From assembly GCA_965207225.1 (NCBI GenBank), contig CBDBLV010000005.1:1824001-1888000 (forward strand): a DNA stretch of 64,000 nt. Reading direction: 5' to 3'. The notes below the pieces were generated by a model. It did not search any database, had not been told where the DNA came from, and saw nothing but the letters and a program-made list of their open reading frames with translations. This document shows positions 18,601 to 28,511 of this stretch, one piece after another; positions within the stretch are counted from its first letter, which is position 1, and the number at the start of each line of letters is the position of its first letter. A program made the translations under genes and the position numbers. The DNA comes from Dehalococcoidia bacterium. GTDB taxonomy: Bacteria; Chloroflexota; Dehalococcoidia; Plut-88900.

Positions 18601-21600
18601 CGGTAGTCGAGGTTGGCGCTGGCGTCGACGGTGACCGTGACCGATCCGTCGGGCTCGTCCACCTCGTCGTTGGTGGTGGCCACCGTCAGCGCGGCGTAGC
18701 CCGCCGACGGGATGGTCACCGTCCGATGTTCCATGGATATCCCGGAGTCGTCGCTCTGCGACACCGTGACGCTCACGTCCAGGTCCGCAGCCGGGGCCGG
18801 GTTGGCGCTGACCGTGAAGGTCGCGTCCCCGCCCTCGGTCACGTTGCCGTCGGCGGTCACGCTGATCAGCGGCACGGACGTGTTGGGCGCGGGCGTCTCG
18901 AAGTCCACCGTGAAGGTCTTCGGCGTCGCGCCGGCGGCCAGGGTCCGCACGGTGATCTTGTCCAGCTGGGTCGTCCCGTGAAGGACGGAGACCACGTAGT
19001 GCGACTGCGGGTCGAGGCCGGTGAGCTGGTGCTCGGTGGCGGTGGTCGTGACTTCCGTCAGGACCGGGACGCCCGTGAAGCTCTCGTGCCAGACGACCAG
19101 GTAGGACGCGCCGTCCCCCTGCGGCTTCCAGGCGACGGTCGCCGTGGTGTCGGAGACGCGCTTGAGCTGCACCGGCGGCGGCGGCGGCAGGTCGTTGTTG
19201 GCGATATAGACCGAGGCGTAGCTCCTGAACCTGTTCAGCCGGTAGCCCTCGCCGAACTGCACCGTCGCGCCGAGCATCCCGTTGGAGCCCCAACCGGTGT
19301 CGTCGACGGTGGGGATGGTGAACGAGACGCTGCCGCCGGTGGGCACGTTGACCGTGCGCTCGCCCAGGTGCTGGGCGGCGACCACGGAGCCGGGGCCGGC
19401 CACGCCCACCCTGACGTCCAGCGGCGCGTCGGGCGCGGGGTTCACGGTGACCGTGTAGACCGCGTCCTCGCCCTCGGTGATGGTGCCGCCGGCGGCGCTG
19501 ATCGACACCTCGGGCACACGCTCCACGATGACCGACGTGGGCTCCGCCTCCACCGGCGAGCCCGCCGCAAGCGTGGTGAAGCGAATCACCGGGCTGGCGG
19601 TGCTCAGCTGCGTCGCGCCGTGGTCGGCGTAGTAGACCACCGCCCGGTACTCGGTGTCCGGCTCCAGGTGGCGGATGTTCCAGGCCGGGTCGTTGGGCTC
19701 GGCCCCGAACCAGGCCTCGTCGGCCGGGACGCCGGGGAAGGGCGACGTGGTGGACCAGTAGCGCACCTCGTAGCCCTCGGCGCCGACCACCTGAGGCCAG
19801 CTCAGGTCGATGCCCGTGTCGGACAGGTTGGCGTAGCTCAGGTCGCCCACGCGCTCCACCACCGGGTCCGGCAGGTCGCCCAGCAGCCGCTGGCAGCCCA
19901 CGCAGGAGCCCAGCGTGCGGTGGAAGCTGAAGCTGTCGGTGCGCACCGTCTTCGGCGGCGTCTCCGTCGAGATCTGGTTGTCGCTGCGCTCGTACAGCTT
20001 GTAGCCCTCGACCTGGAAGGTCACGTTGCCGACCACGTTGGCGCCGACGTGGACGTCGACCTGGACCGGCGTGCGGCCGACCGTGACCGAGCCGGCGCTG
20101 ACGGCAGAGTCAGTTCTGAAGGTGTGCAGGTGCGATGCGGCGGGGCTGGTGAACCAGACCCGGTGGGACCGGAAGTACTCCGACGTGCCGCTCCGCAACA
20201 GCGGCTCGGCGAAGTCGGCGCTGATGGAGAAGCGCTTGTCCTGGTCCGCCGGCGGGTCGTTCTTCGTCCGCACCCAGAAGTAGTGCGCCTTGCGCCCCGT
20301 GTTCAGCGAGGCCGGGAAGGCCAGATTGAGCCCGCCGTCCTCGATGGACGTCCAGGTGGTCCCGTCGTCGATGGAGAACTCCAGGGTCTGCTCCCACTCG
20401 TCGTCGTCCCTGATGATGAGCGGCACCTGCACCTCGGGGTAGTCGAAGCCTCCCACCTGGTACAGCACGCCATTTTCATAGAAGTTGTGGCCGACGGCGT
20501 GGGGCCGGTGGATCAGGAACGTCCCGTGGTCGAAGGCGTCGCTGTCCTGCCCCGCGGCGAGGCTCACCGGACGCCACTTGTTGGCGTCGCTCTCGTAGAC
20601 GGACTGCGACGAGAAGGGGCAGCCGTCGTGCCGGTCCAGCAGCGGGCCGGCGGTGCTGCCGTAGCCGAAATGAATCCCATCCCGGCCAAGCCCTTCGACG
20701 ATGGGGTCGCCCAGGTTGTAGGGGCTGCGGCTCCCGGTGTGGCACATCAGCCGGTCCCGGTCCGGTTTGCCCGGCCCGATGTAGCCGCCGTGGTGGCTGA
20801 GCGGCTCAGCCACCTGGCTGGCGACGTAGAAGTGCCGGCGCTCGTGGGGGTCCACCGCCTGCCACTGGTAGGTCACCGCCGGGCCGCCCTCGGTCAGCGT
20901 GATCGTCGGCGGCGGGTCGTGCCTGTTGTAGTTGGCGATCACCCAGCCCGTCGAGCACGTGTTGCCCGACACCGTGCCCGCGCAGGTGCGGAACTGCACG
21001 AAGGCGTCGGCGGCCCCCAGGTTCAGGCCGATCTTGAGCGCCTCGGAGTGGGTGCTCCAGGAGACGGCGGGGTTGGGGTAGAGCGACCAGGAACTGTGGC
21101 CGTCGCCGATGCTCCAGCCCTCGGGCAGGCGCAGGCCCCGCAGGCGCTCGGAGTTCGACGCGGTGGCGCGAAGGGTGTACGTGCTGTTGGGCTGCACGGA
21201 CGCGTCGTATACGTACACCCAGTAGGTGGTGTTCGGCTCCAGCCGCAGCCCCGAACCGTCGTCGCCCTGGTAGGTGAAGGTGAAGGTCCGATCGGCGCTG
21301 CCCACCGGCATGGAGGGGCGCGCCAGGTCGGCCAGGACGTCGGCGGCGGTACTGCCCGGCGAGCCGCCGGAGCCGGCCCAGATCTGTACCCTCAGATCAC
21401 GGGCGGCGTTGGAGTCGCCGATCTCGGCAAACTCGACGTCGACGCTGTTGAGGCGGTAGTGGCCGCCGTTCTTGCCCGTCGTGAACGACTGCGCGCGGTC
21501 ACGTACGGTACTGGCAGTCGTCACGGTCAACGCCGCGCCGTCCGCCTGGCCCAGGTTGCTCATCACCGCCGGCTCACCGGGCGGCGCGTTCACCGGCGTG

Positions 21601-24600
21601 GGCTCCACCCGGAACAGGGGCGAGATGCCGTAGAACGCGTGGTCCTGGGTGCTCGCGATGGTGTTGTAGCTGATGGGGCCGGTGTCCGCGTCGGTGGTCG
21701 AGAACCGTCCCCGCCGGGCGTTGCTGGCGCCCAGAGGGTTCGCCTCCTTCGCACCGTCGGTCCTGGTGCCCGTCCACGGCCAGTCGTTCGAGGTGCTCCT
21801 CTCGCCGCTCTCGAAGCGCCGGTCCGCCATCGCCCAGTTCTCCCAGGTGTCGGACCAGAAGCCGGCGTTGTTCGCCGCGACGCGCTCGCCGTTCAGCCAC
21901 CAGACCTCCGCGTCCGTGTGCCCGGCGTTGTTGGGGTTGGTCCGGGTGTGGTCCCGGGCGTCCACCGCGGCGGTGGAGCCCACCACCCGGAAGTGGTCGG
22001 CGTAGCGCCGGACGGCGGCGTGCCCGTCGCGGGCCGCCTCCCGCACGTGGGCGTCGTAGACGCCGATGTCGGCGGCGGTGGCGTCGCGGTGGTCTTCGGT
22101 CATGAACAGCAGCCGGAACGTCTCGCCCGCGCCCAGACCGAGCGGCTTCAGCGGCCAGTCGAAGGGCACGGTGTAGGAACCGTCCGCGTGGGGCAGCAGC
22201 CGGCCGTTGACTCCCATCGACAGAGTGGAGCCGCCGACCAGGGTGATCCAGTTGCCGCCCCCCTGCGCGCGGATGCGAGCGTCGTTGTTGATGCTCCAGC
22301 CGGGCGCCGCGCCCTCGTCCTCGGAGTTGCTCTGCGTGAACTTCACCTGGCTGTTGCCTTCCGTGAGTCCGGCTGCGTCCAGCACGACCCAGTAGCGGGT
22401 GTCCGCCTCGAGCGCGACGCCCGGGTGCGTGAAGCTGTACGTGCCGGCCTGCCGGTTCACGAAGGCGGGATTGGCCAGGGTCCCCACGACCGTGCCGGGA
22501 GCCCCGTTGGCACCTTTGTGGACGGTGACCGTCAGCTTGGAGCCGAAGTCCTCGGTGGACCGGTTGAAGGCCACGTCCACGCTGGTCAGGGTGTACCCCG
22601 AGGGGTTGCCGCCGGTGTCGAAACCCTGCGCCAGGTCCACGTGCAGGCCCTGCACCAGGCCGCTCGACTGGCCGGTGTTCTTCACCAGCGCCGGGTCGTC
22701 GTCCCGCACCCGGACCGTCGCCGTCCCCAGCGACGTGGCCAGGTCGTAGTCCGACCCGTCCACCAGCGTCACCGTGACCGAGCCGTGGGCTTCGTCCACG
22801 TCGTCGCCGGTGGTGGGGATCTCCAGCGTCGCGGTGCCCGAGTCCGGGATGGTGACGCTGGTGGGCAGGGTCCCGTACCCGAAGTCCCCGGTCGTGGCCA
22901 CCGTCACGCTCACCGGCAGGTCCGCCGTGGGCGCCGGGACCGCCGTCAGCGTGAAGCTGGCGCTGACGCCCTCGGTGACGGCGCCGCCGCCAAGGATGCT
23001 CACCCTCGACGGCCGCGGCTTGCTGACGCCGTCGAGGCTGATCTTCAGTGACGATACGTTGGGGGTCCACGCGCCCGTCGAGGAAGCCGTTCTCGTCCCA
23101 GCGCCGTCGGCGATGCTCCAGCCGGCCAGGCCCCCGCCGTCCTCGGCGTCCGAACCCGTCAGGCGTACCCTCGAAGAACTCTGGCCAGCGTCCATGTCGA
23201 TCACGAGGAAGTAGGTGGCGCTCCCCTCAAGGTCGATGCCCGCGCTGCTGGTGAAGGTCAGCGTCTGGTCCGAGGTGGAGGCGGGGAAGCTGGCGGGGTT
23301 GGTCAGGGTCCCCAGCGAGCTGCCCGGAGACCCGCCGGAGGCGGCGTGGATGCTGGCGGTCAGCGCCGAGGAGCTGAAGGCGCTGTCGATGGTGGAGAAC
23401 TCCACGTCGACGCTGTGCAGGGTGTAGCCGAAGCTGTTGGAGCCGCTGGTGAACGCCTGGTGGAAGTCATTGCCCAGAAACGAGGTGCCTCCGTCCGCCT
23501 GGCCGGTGTTGGCGACGAAGGTCTCCGTCTCGACCGTCTCGACGGCCGTGCCGTGGATGGTCATCTTGCGGGACTGGCTGAACGAGGTCCAGGCGCCCGA
23601 GGTGTTCCAGGTCCGGTAGTGGCCGTCGTCGGCGATGGTCCAGCCGTCCGCGCCGCCGGCGTCCTCGGCGTCCGACGCGGTGTTCTGGATGGTGTTGGCG
23701 CCGGGCAACAGGACCAGCGTGACGTCCAGCACCGCCCAGTACGTGGTGTTCGCCGCGAGCGCCACGCCCGAGTGCGTGAAGCTGTTCGTGCCCGCGGCGA
23801 TCGTGCCGGGCTTGGTCAGGGTGGCGACCACCGCGCCCGGCGCTCCGCCGCTGTCGCTTCTGATCTCGGCAGCCAGCTTCCCCGCCAGCGCGCCGTCGTT
23901 GATTTGCGGAAACGAGAAGTCGACGCCCGTCAGGGTGTACCCGCCGGCGTTGGCGCCCGTCGTGAACGCCTGCGCGTGGTCGTGCTGTACGAAGTTGCCG
24001 GTGCCGCCGTTCGCCTGCCCGAAGTTGCTCACCAGCGGCGACGGCGTCTTGCTGATACCGCCGAGGCTGAGTTTCATTGACGAGGCGAAGGTGCTCCACG
24101 CGCCCGTTGTGTTCCACGCTCGTCTCGAGAAACCGTCGCCGATGCTCCAGCCGGCCTGGCCTCCGCCGTCCTCGCTGTCCGAACCCGTTAGGCGCATCAA
24201 CGAAGCAGACTCGGCACTGCTTAGATCGATCACCAGGAAGTACGTGGTGTTCGCCTCAAGGTCGATGCCCGTGCTCGTGAAGGTCAGCGTCTGGTCCGAA
24301 CTGGAGACGGGAAAGCTGGCGGGGTTGGTCAGGGTCCCGAGGGAGCTGCCCGGAGACCCGCCGGAGTCGGCGTGAATGCTGGCGGTGAGGGACGAAGAGC
24401 TGAAGCCGCTGGCGATAGCGGCGAATTCCACGCCGACGCTGCGCAGGCTGTAGCCCGCGCTGTTGCTGCCGGTGGTGAACGCCTGGGCGAAATCATATTC
24501 CAAATGTGTCCCAGCTAGGCTTGACTGACCGGTGTTGGCGACGAAGGTCTGCGTCGCCTGCTGCGCAGAGGCTGTTTCAGTCCCTCCAGACAGCAGCACG

Positions 24601-24714
24601 AACAGCGCCGCCGCCAGCAGGGTCAACGTGAGGAAGGTTCTGGCGGGGCGCCTCAATGAAAGAGAACCCCACGAAATGCGGGGGGGGGGTGAAGCTCCGC
24701 AGCGCGTTGGTCAT
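15699..24714 (-). CDS. Giant secreted repetitive adhesin (~3000 aa); ATG at 24714 is out of frame with the body because of a C10 tract
   Basis: Signal peptide (TFLTLTLLAAALFVLL..ASAQ); five xVxNxGQ...AQxFxTG beta repeats; DWPLKP..FRLLF lectin-like segment; FN3 units; many Calx-beta-like EG..FTV..DD..DE.DGSV..TV.V.DND repeats; terminal Calx-beta (GELVFAPG..DDDEEPDEYF). Confidence 0.9.
16051..17358. repeat. Four near-identical 327-bp tandem units (109-aa Calx-beta-like domain)
   Basis: GCGTCGTCGTTGTC recurs at 16051, 16378, 16705 and 17032. Confidence 0.92.
17635..18288. repeat. Two more 327-bp units of the same repeat
   Basis: Unit starts at 17635 and 17962. Confidence 0.9.
24680..24689 (-). 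repeat. Homopolymer tract (C10 on the coding strand) in the 5' end of the adhesin
   Basis: Ten consecutive G on the + strand, 25 nt after the ATG that follows AGGAGG. Confidence 0.9.
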
Positions 24715-24959
24715 GTCGTCGAACCTCCTGTGTCGCCCGACTTATGCCGCGACGCCGTGCGGGCGCTGGATCAGTAGTATTTCTAGCTCATGTCAATATG
24801 TGTCGCAAGCGACCAGCAGATATCATCCGCCAATCTGGGGTTGGTTGTCAATGGGGTCCGGGTTGGATTGGGGACGGAAAGGGCGGGCGGAGCGCAGCAA
24901 CATACCGTGTGGGGACTGGCGGACAAGGGCGACTTGGCGAGACCCCTCGGAGGCAGTCG

Positions 24960-25334
24960 TTACTGTGGCGTAGCCTGGATGAGGACGCGTCCGCCTCTCT
25001 GGACCCGGATATTCAGGTCGTGGTCATCCAGCAGCCTCATGCCGACCAGTGGAGTGGAATCGGCGGCGCTGGCCCTGGTGTTCCGCAGGCTGTCGTCCCA
25101 CAGCACGGCGACGTCATAGACATCGAAGAAAGCTTCGCTACCGTCGGCCAGAATTGCACGGCTTCGGTCCCGATAGGCCAAGCCCAACTCCCTCACCAGG
25201 TCTGAGGGCAGGGTCAGGAAGCCATTGTATCCCGTGTCTATTACGGCTTCGACTTCCCGTGACCGGCCCGTCGGCCCTTGCACTGTAAGACCGACGACGG
25301 CTTCGTAGGCGGTGTTCACCGTTCCATGGATCAC
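24960..25334 (-). CDS. Clan AA (retropepsin-like) aspartic protease
   Basis: EAVIDTGYNGFLTLP catalytic DTG, LADGS flap, PLVGMRLL; GTGA overlap with the upstream gene. Confidence 0.9.
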   Translation of the reverse strand: MIHGTVNTAYEAVVGLTVQGPTGRSREVEAVIDTGYNGFLTLPSDLVRELGLAYRDRSRAILADGSEAFFDVYDVAVLWDDSLRNTRASAADSTPLVGMRLLDDHDLNIRVQRGGRVLIQATPQ

Positions 25335-25648
25335 TCAGTCCTCCGCAGCGATCCGCCCCCAAAGCTGTAGAGCGCCCTATAGCCGACCCGCAGGCACCAA
25401 ACGTCATAGGCGTCGGGCCGCTGGGATTGCAGCCGGTCCGTAGCGGCAATCTCGTCCGCTCCAATAGCCCAGCTTCCACTCTCCACGTCTATGGCGACGA
25501 CCTCTCCAACATGGTCCTCCTCGACCTGCCGCCGGATGTCTCGCTCGTATATCTGGTCGCCCAACCGCGCCGTCTCTTCTTTAGGACGGCTCGGCGGTGT
25601 CGTGGGCTTGGCGCGCTGGCTGGGTACCGAAGTCTCTGCGTCTCTCAT
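25331..25648 (-). CDS. Small DUF5678-like partner of the aspartic protease
   Basis: RBS GGAGGAGG, ATG 25648; GDQIYERDIR...GEVVAIDVESGSWAIG...LRVGY; TGGTAGAAT extended -10 at 25692-25684. Confidence 0.75.
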   Translation of the reverse strand: MRDAETSVPSQRAKPTTPPSRPKEETARLGDQIYERDIRRQVEEDHVGEVVAIDVESGSWAIGADEIAATDRLQSQRPDAYDVWCLRVGYRALYSFGGGSLRRTE

Positions 25649-25786
25649 GCCTCCTCCCTTCAATGAGCGTTCCCTCGTTCCTAATTCTACCACTCTGCGG
25701 GAGATCCGGACAGCCAGAAAGGGCGGTGCCACAGGGGAAGACAGACCAACCAGCTATGGCCTATACTGCGAGCCTACAGACTTCCC

Positions 25787-25834
25787 AGTCGCATCTCGAA
25801 AACGGTTCTGCCTACCGTCAAAATAGGCCCACCA
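25787..25834 (+). repeat. att-like scar A (48 bp) ending in a tRNA-Ile-like 3' end
   Basis: AGTCGCATCTCGAAAACGGTTCTGCCTACCGTCAAAATAGGCCCACCA; antisense reads GGPILTVGRTVFEMRLGSL*. Confidence 0.8.
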
Positions 25835-25896
25835 AACATTTCACCATGCCCGCGGACCGATGTGCGTCGTCGTCGTTGCGCCGCGTGGAAGGTCTC

Positions 25897-25947
25897 ACCT
25901 ACATCTTCACCGAACCCCGCGTCGGCTACAGGATACCCAAGAGGGAG
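25897..25947 (+). pseudogene. Remnant C-terminus of an OmpR/KdpE-type winged-helix regulator
   Basis: TYIFTEPRVGYRIPKRE matches the terminal YI-x-T-x-x-x-VGYR hairpin; the rest of the gene is absent. Confidence 0.6.
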
Positions 25948-26057
25948 GGGACGGAACGGGGGAGACGTAGGCTGAGGCACTGTCAAATCTTCCGTTTATC
26001 AACCCCTCCACATCACACTACGAGAATGGCGAGCCCTCGGTGTACCGGCACGCCACC

Positions 26058-26109
26058 GAGCCACATCTCGAAGGTGGTAGCATCCACCGCAAGCGGTGAT
26101 GGCCCGTCC
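26058..26109 (+). repeat. att-like scar B (degenerate right half)
   Basis: GAGCCACATCTCGAAGGTGGTAGCATCCACCGCAAGCGGTGATGGCCCGTCC; antisense reads DGPSPLAVDATTFEMWLGG. Confidence 0.7.
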
Positions 26110-26212
26110 TTGCACGATATGGGCTCAGTGGACCGGGCAGACATCCATTCTGGTAGCCATCAGTATTGATGCCGTAAGCCCTTATTCATGCATCCATGAG
26201 CAGGTGAACAAG

Positions 26213-27229
26213 GTGACTGATACTACTACTAGCTACTACGATCTGAGCGTTGAGGATACCTGGATAGAGTACCTTAGAACCAGGTTGCCGTACTCCTTCA
26301 ATCGCATAGAAGTGAAGGGAAACGGTCAATCTAGACACTTCGTGCTGTCGGAACCTGTACTACTAACGGATTTCAATGCAGCTGAACGCCACAATTTTTG
26401 GAGACGCGGAAACGTCTACTACATGTCGGGAAAACTCTTGGACTACTATTCGATGTCTGAAGTCGGCCGAGGCTATCGAATGGCAGAGGTCATGCAACTT
26501 CTAACAGACTCCGGCATTTCGCCGTACAGGTGGCCCACCAATGCATTTGCCTTCTACAACTCGATGCAAATGGAGAAGGTCTGGGGATTTGCGCAAGCTA
26601 ATCATCTTGACAGAGAACGGGTGATGATGACAAACCTCATACTGGCAATAGAATTGTGTCTGAAGGCAGTTGTGACTCATGCCACCTTTCATAAGACGGG
26701 CACCTTCAGATTCGACGCGGGGCACGACGTTGCCAAGCTATACGAAGCCCTGCCCGATTCACTCCGAGACGAAGTAGCCGCGGAGTCCGAGGTGTTCGCC
26801 GAGGAGTACGTGGCATTCAGGGCAAATGTGGAGACCGACATCCGGCGAATCTATGGTCGGCGTCCCTCGCCGCAACATGCCCATCCCAATAGAAAAGAGC
26901 AAGCTGAAGCTGAATGGAGAGAGTTGGCAGAAAGAATTAGGGAGAGTACCTACACGGCCTTCGTGAACAGCAACGATCCTGGCGCGGATAACAAGTACCT
27001 GCACCAAGGTTGGTTCGAGGAAGCCCTGCATCAAGTGAAGCTGGTCAAGAACCCTGGAGACATCAGCCAATACTTTCGGTATGCACCCCACAAGGATAAG
27101 GACGAGCTGCCCACAGACCTCATACATTGGATCCTTCTGTTGGGCCGCTTCATGTACGAGCACCTCTTTCCGGTGCCACGGTCGGACAATGGGCCTTATT
27201 CAGAGTTTCCCGGGTCGGCTAGTGGCTGA
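26213..27229 (+). CDS. HEPN-like domain protein with unknown N-terminal region (start uncertain)
   Basis: NLILAIELCLKA...AGHDVAKLYEALP...YFRY, the ELxLKA / GHD / RY pattern of HEPN domains; more AT-rich than the adhesin region. Confidence 0.65.
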   Translation: MTDTTTSYYDLSVEDTWIEYLRTRLPYSFNRIEVKGNGQSRHFVLSEPVLLTDFNAAERHNFWRRGNVYYMSGKLLDYYSMSEVGRGYRMAEVMQLLTDSGISPYRWPTNAFAFYNSMQMEKVWGFAQANHLDRERVMMTNLILAIELCLKAVVTHATFHKTGTFRFDAGHDVAKLYEALPDSLRDEVAAESEVFAEEYVAFRANVETDIRRIYGRRPSPQHAHPNRKEQAEAEWRELAERIRESTYTAFVNSNDPGADNKYLHQGWFEEALHQVKLVKNPGDISQYFRYAPHKDKDELPTDLIHWILLLGRFMYEHLFPVPRSDNGPYSEFPGSASG

Positions 27230-27460
27230 AGGCTAGTTGTCCCAGACGACCCAAGACCGTCACCCTCTCACTGCCCCAACAAAAGGAATCGCAGGCTCGT
27301 TAGGTGTTGAAGGAGAACCACCCATCCATAAGCGAGTTGTTTAGACAGGTCATCCTTACCTACAGGTTCAGAACGAAGCTCAAGCTGGATGCTCTTCATT
27401 TTGTCGAGTCTGGTGTGGGTACGGGCGTACCGAACTACGAGCTCCGGCTCATAGGCCCCC

Positions 27461-27509
27461 GAGCCACATCTCGAAGGCGGTGCCAGCTACCGTCCATTTA
27501 GGCCCACCA
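27461..27509 (+). repeat. att-like scar C ending in a tRNA-Ile-like 3' end
   Basis: GAGCCACATCTCGAAGGCGGTGCCAGCTACCGTCCATTTAGGCCCACCA; antisense reads GGPKWTVAGTAFEMWLGGL*. Confidence 0.85.
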
Positions 27510-27569
27510 AGAGCCTGGACGGGTTAGAGTGTAGCCGCGTCCCATACGGGGCAGTCCGGTCGAAGGTAG

Positions 27570-27953
27570 CTAGGTCTGCATTATCTGGACCAGATTGCCG
27601 CAGGTGTCGTCAAAGACCGCAATAGTGACGTTGCCCATTTCTGTCGGCTCCATCGTAAAGGCTACGCCCAGGGACTTCAGTTTCTCATATTCTGCGCGGA
27701 TGTCCGTAACGCCAAAGGACGCTGCCGGGATGCCCTGCTCAAATAGCCCTTTCTGATATGCCTGTGATACCGGGTTTGCATCTGGTTCAAGCAGAAGCTC
27801 GGTCCCATCCGGGTCGTCGGGCGAGACGACGGTAAGCCACTTGAATTCCCCCACAGGGACGTCGTGCTTCTTCACAAAGCCGAGGGTTTCCGTGTAGAAC
27901 CTCAAAGCTTTGTCCTGGTCACTTACGAAAACGCCGGTGAGAATAATGCGCAT
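27570..27953 (-). CDS. VOC/glyoxalase family protein
   Basis: VFVSDQDKALRFYTETLGF, WLTVVSP, ELLLEP, FDDTCGNLVQI. Confidence 0.92.
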   Translation of the reverse strand: MRIILTGVFVSDQDKALRFYTETLGFVKKHDVPVGEFKWLTVVSPDDPDGTELLLEPDANPVSQAYQKGLFEQGIPAASFGVTDIRAEYEKLKSLGVAFTMEPTEMGNVTIAVFDDTCGNLVQIMQT

Positions 27954-27980
27954 ATCTGGCCTCCTTTTCTTTTTGTAGTG

Positions 27981-28253
27981 TCACTTGAGCCATCGGTCCA
28001 TGACAGCCCTGAGGGGTTTATCGTTGAAGACAAGCATCCGATACTTGCCGCGCTTCTCTGAGCTTACGAGCCCCGCTTGTTCCAGGAGATCAATGTGCTT
28101 GGCCAGGGCCTGTCGGGAGATGGCGACGTTGTGACGCATGATCAAGCGCGCCGTGAGTTCGTAGAGCGTCTGCTCCTTGCGCTCAGAGAACTCGTCCAGC
28201 ATCAACCTCCGTATTGGATCCGCGAGTGCCCTGAAGACCTGGTCTTTATGCAT
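27981..28253 (-). CDS. ArsR/SmtB family transcriptional regulator
   Basis: VFRALADPIRRLML, ISRQALAKHIDLLEQAGLV..EKRGK. Confidence 0.92.
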   Translation of the reverse strand: MHKDQVFRALADPIRRLMLDEFSERKEQTLYELTARLIMRHNVAISRQALAKHIDLLEQAGLVSSEKRGKYRMLVFNDKPLRAVMDRWLK

Positions 28254-28260
28254 GGACGCA

Positions 28261-28291
28261 TACGATACGCAACCATAGGGTTGCATGTCAA
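28261..28291 (-). promoter_or_regulatory. Promoter with ArsR-type palindromic operator; probably leaderless
   Basis: Minus strand TTGACA-T-GCAACC-CTAT-GGTTGC-G-TATCGT, ending a few nt before the ATG. Confidence 0.7.
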
Positions 28292-28350
28292 GGGGCGATC
28301 CCACAGGCCGGCAGGAACCACATCCCCAGCCAGTCGCAGGAGTGCATATA

Positions 28351-28398
28351 GCGAACTCTCAGCCAAAGGTTGGCGGTACAGGACACGTCGGCCCACCC
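28351..28398 (+). repeat. att-like scar E (divergent variant)
   Basis: GGT-TGGCGGT-ACA-GGACACGTC-GGCCCACCC keeps the spacing of scar C (GGT-N7-ACC-N9-GGCCCACCA); antisense reads GGPTCPVPPTFG*EF. Confidence 0.5.
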
Positions 28399-28511
28399 GA
28401 AGAGAGGCCCGGACTCTCGGTCATGATAGTGGTCCCGGGGCTCACAGCCCGCCGAGCCAAATCTCAAGGACGGGTCTGTCTACCCATGCACGTTGGCGAA
28501 GACGTCGAAAT

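Noticed and set aside
15360-23051. Very long + strand ORFs (672 aa and 1872 aa) opposite the adhesin
   Set aside because: Arg/Gly/His-rich shadow frames caused by high GC3 and repeats on the coding strand; no RBS or domains.
27230-27455. Possible extra recombinase-tail remnants (ACCGTCACCCTC near 27256; + strand LDALHFVESG..YELRL)
   Set aside because: Similarity too weak to call by eye; needs a profile search.
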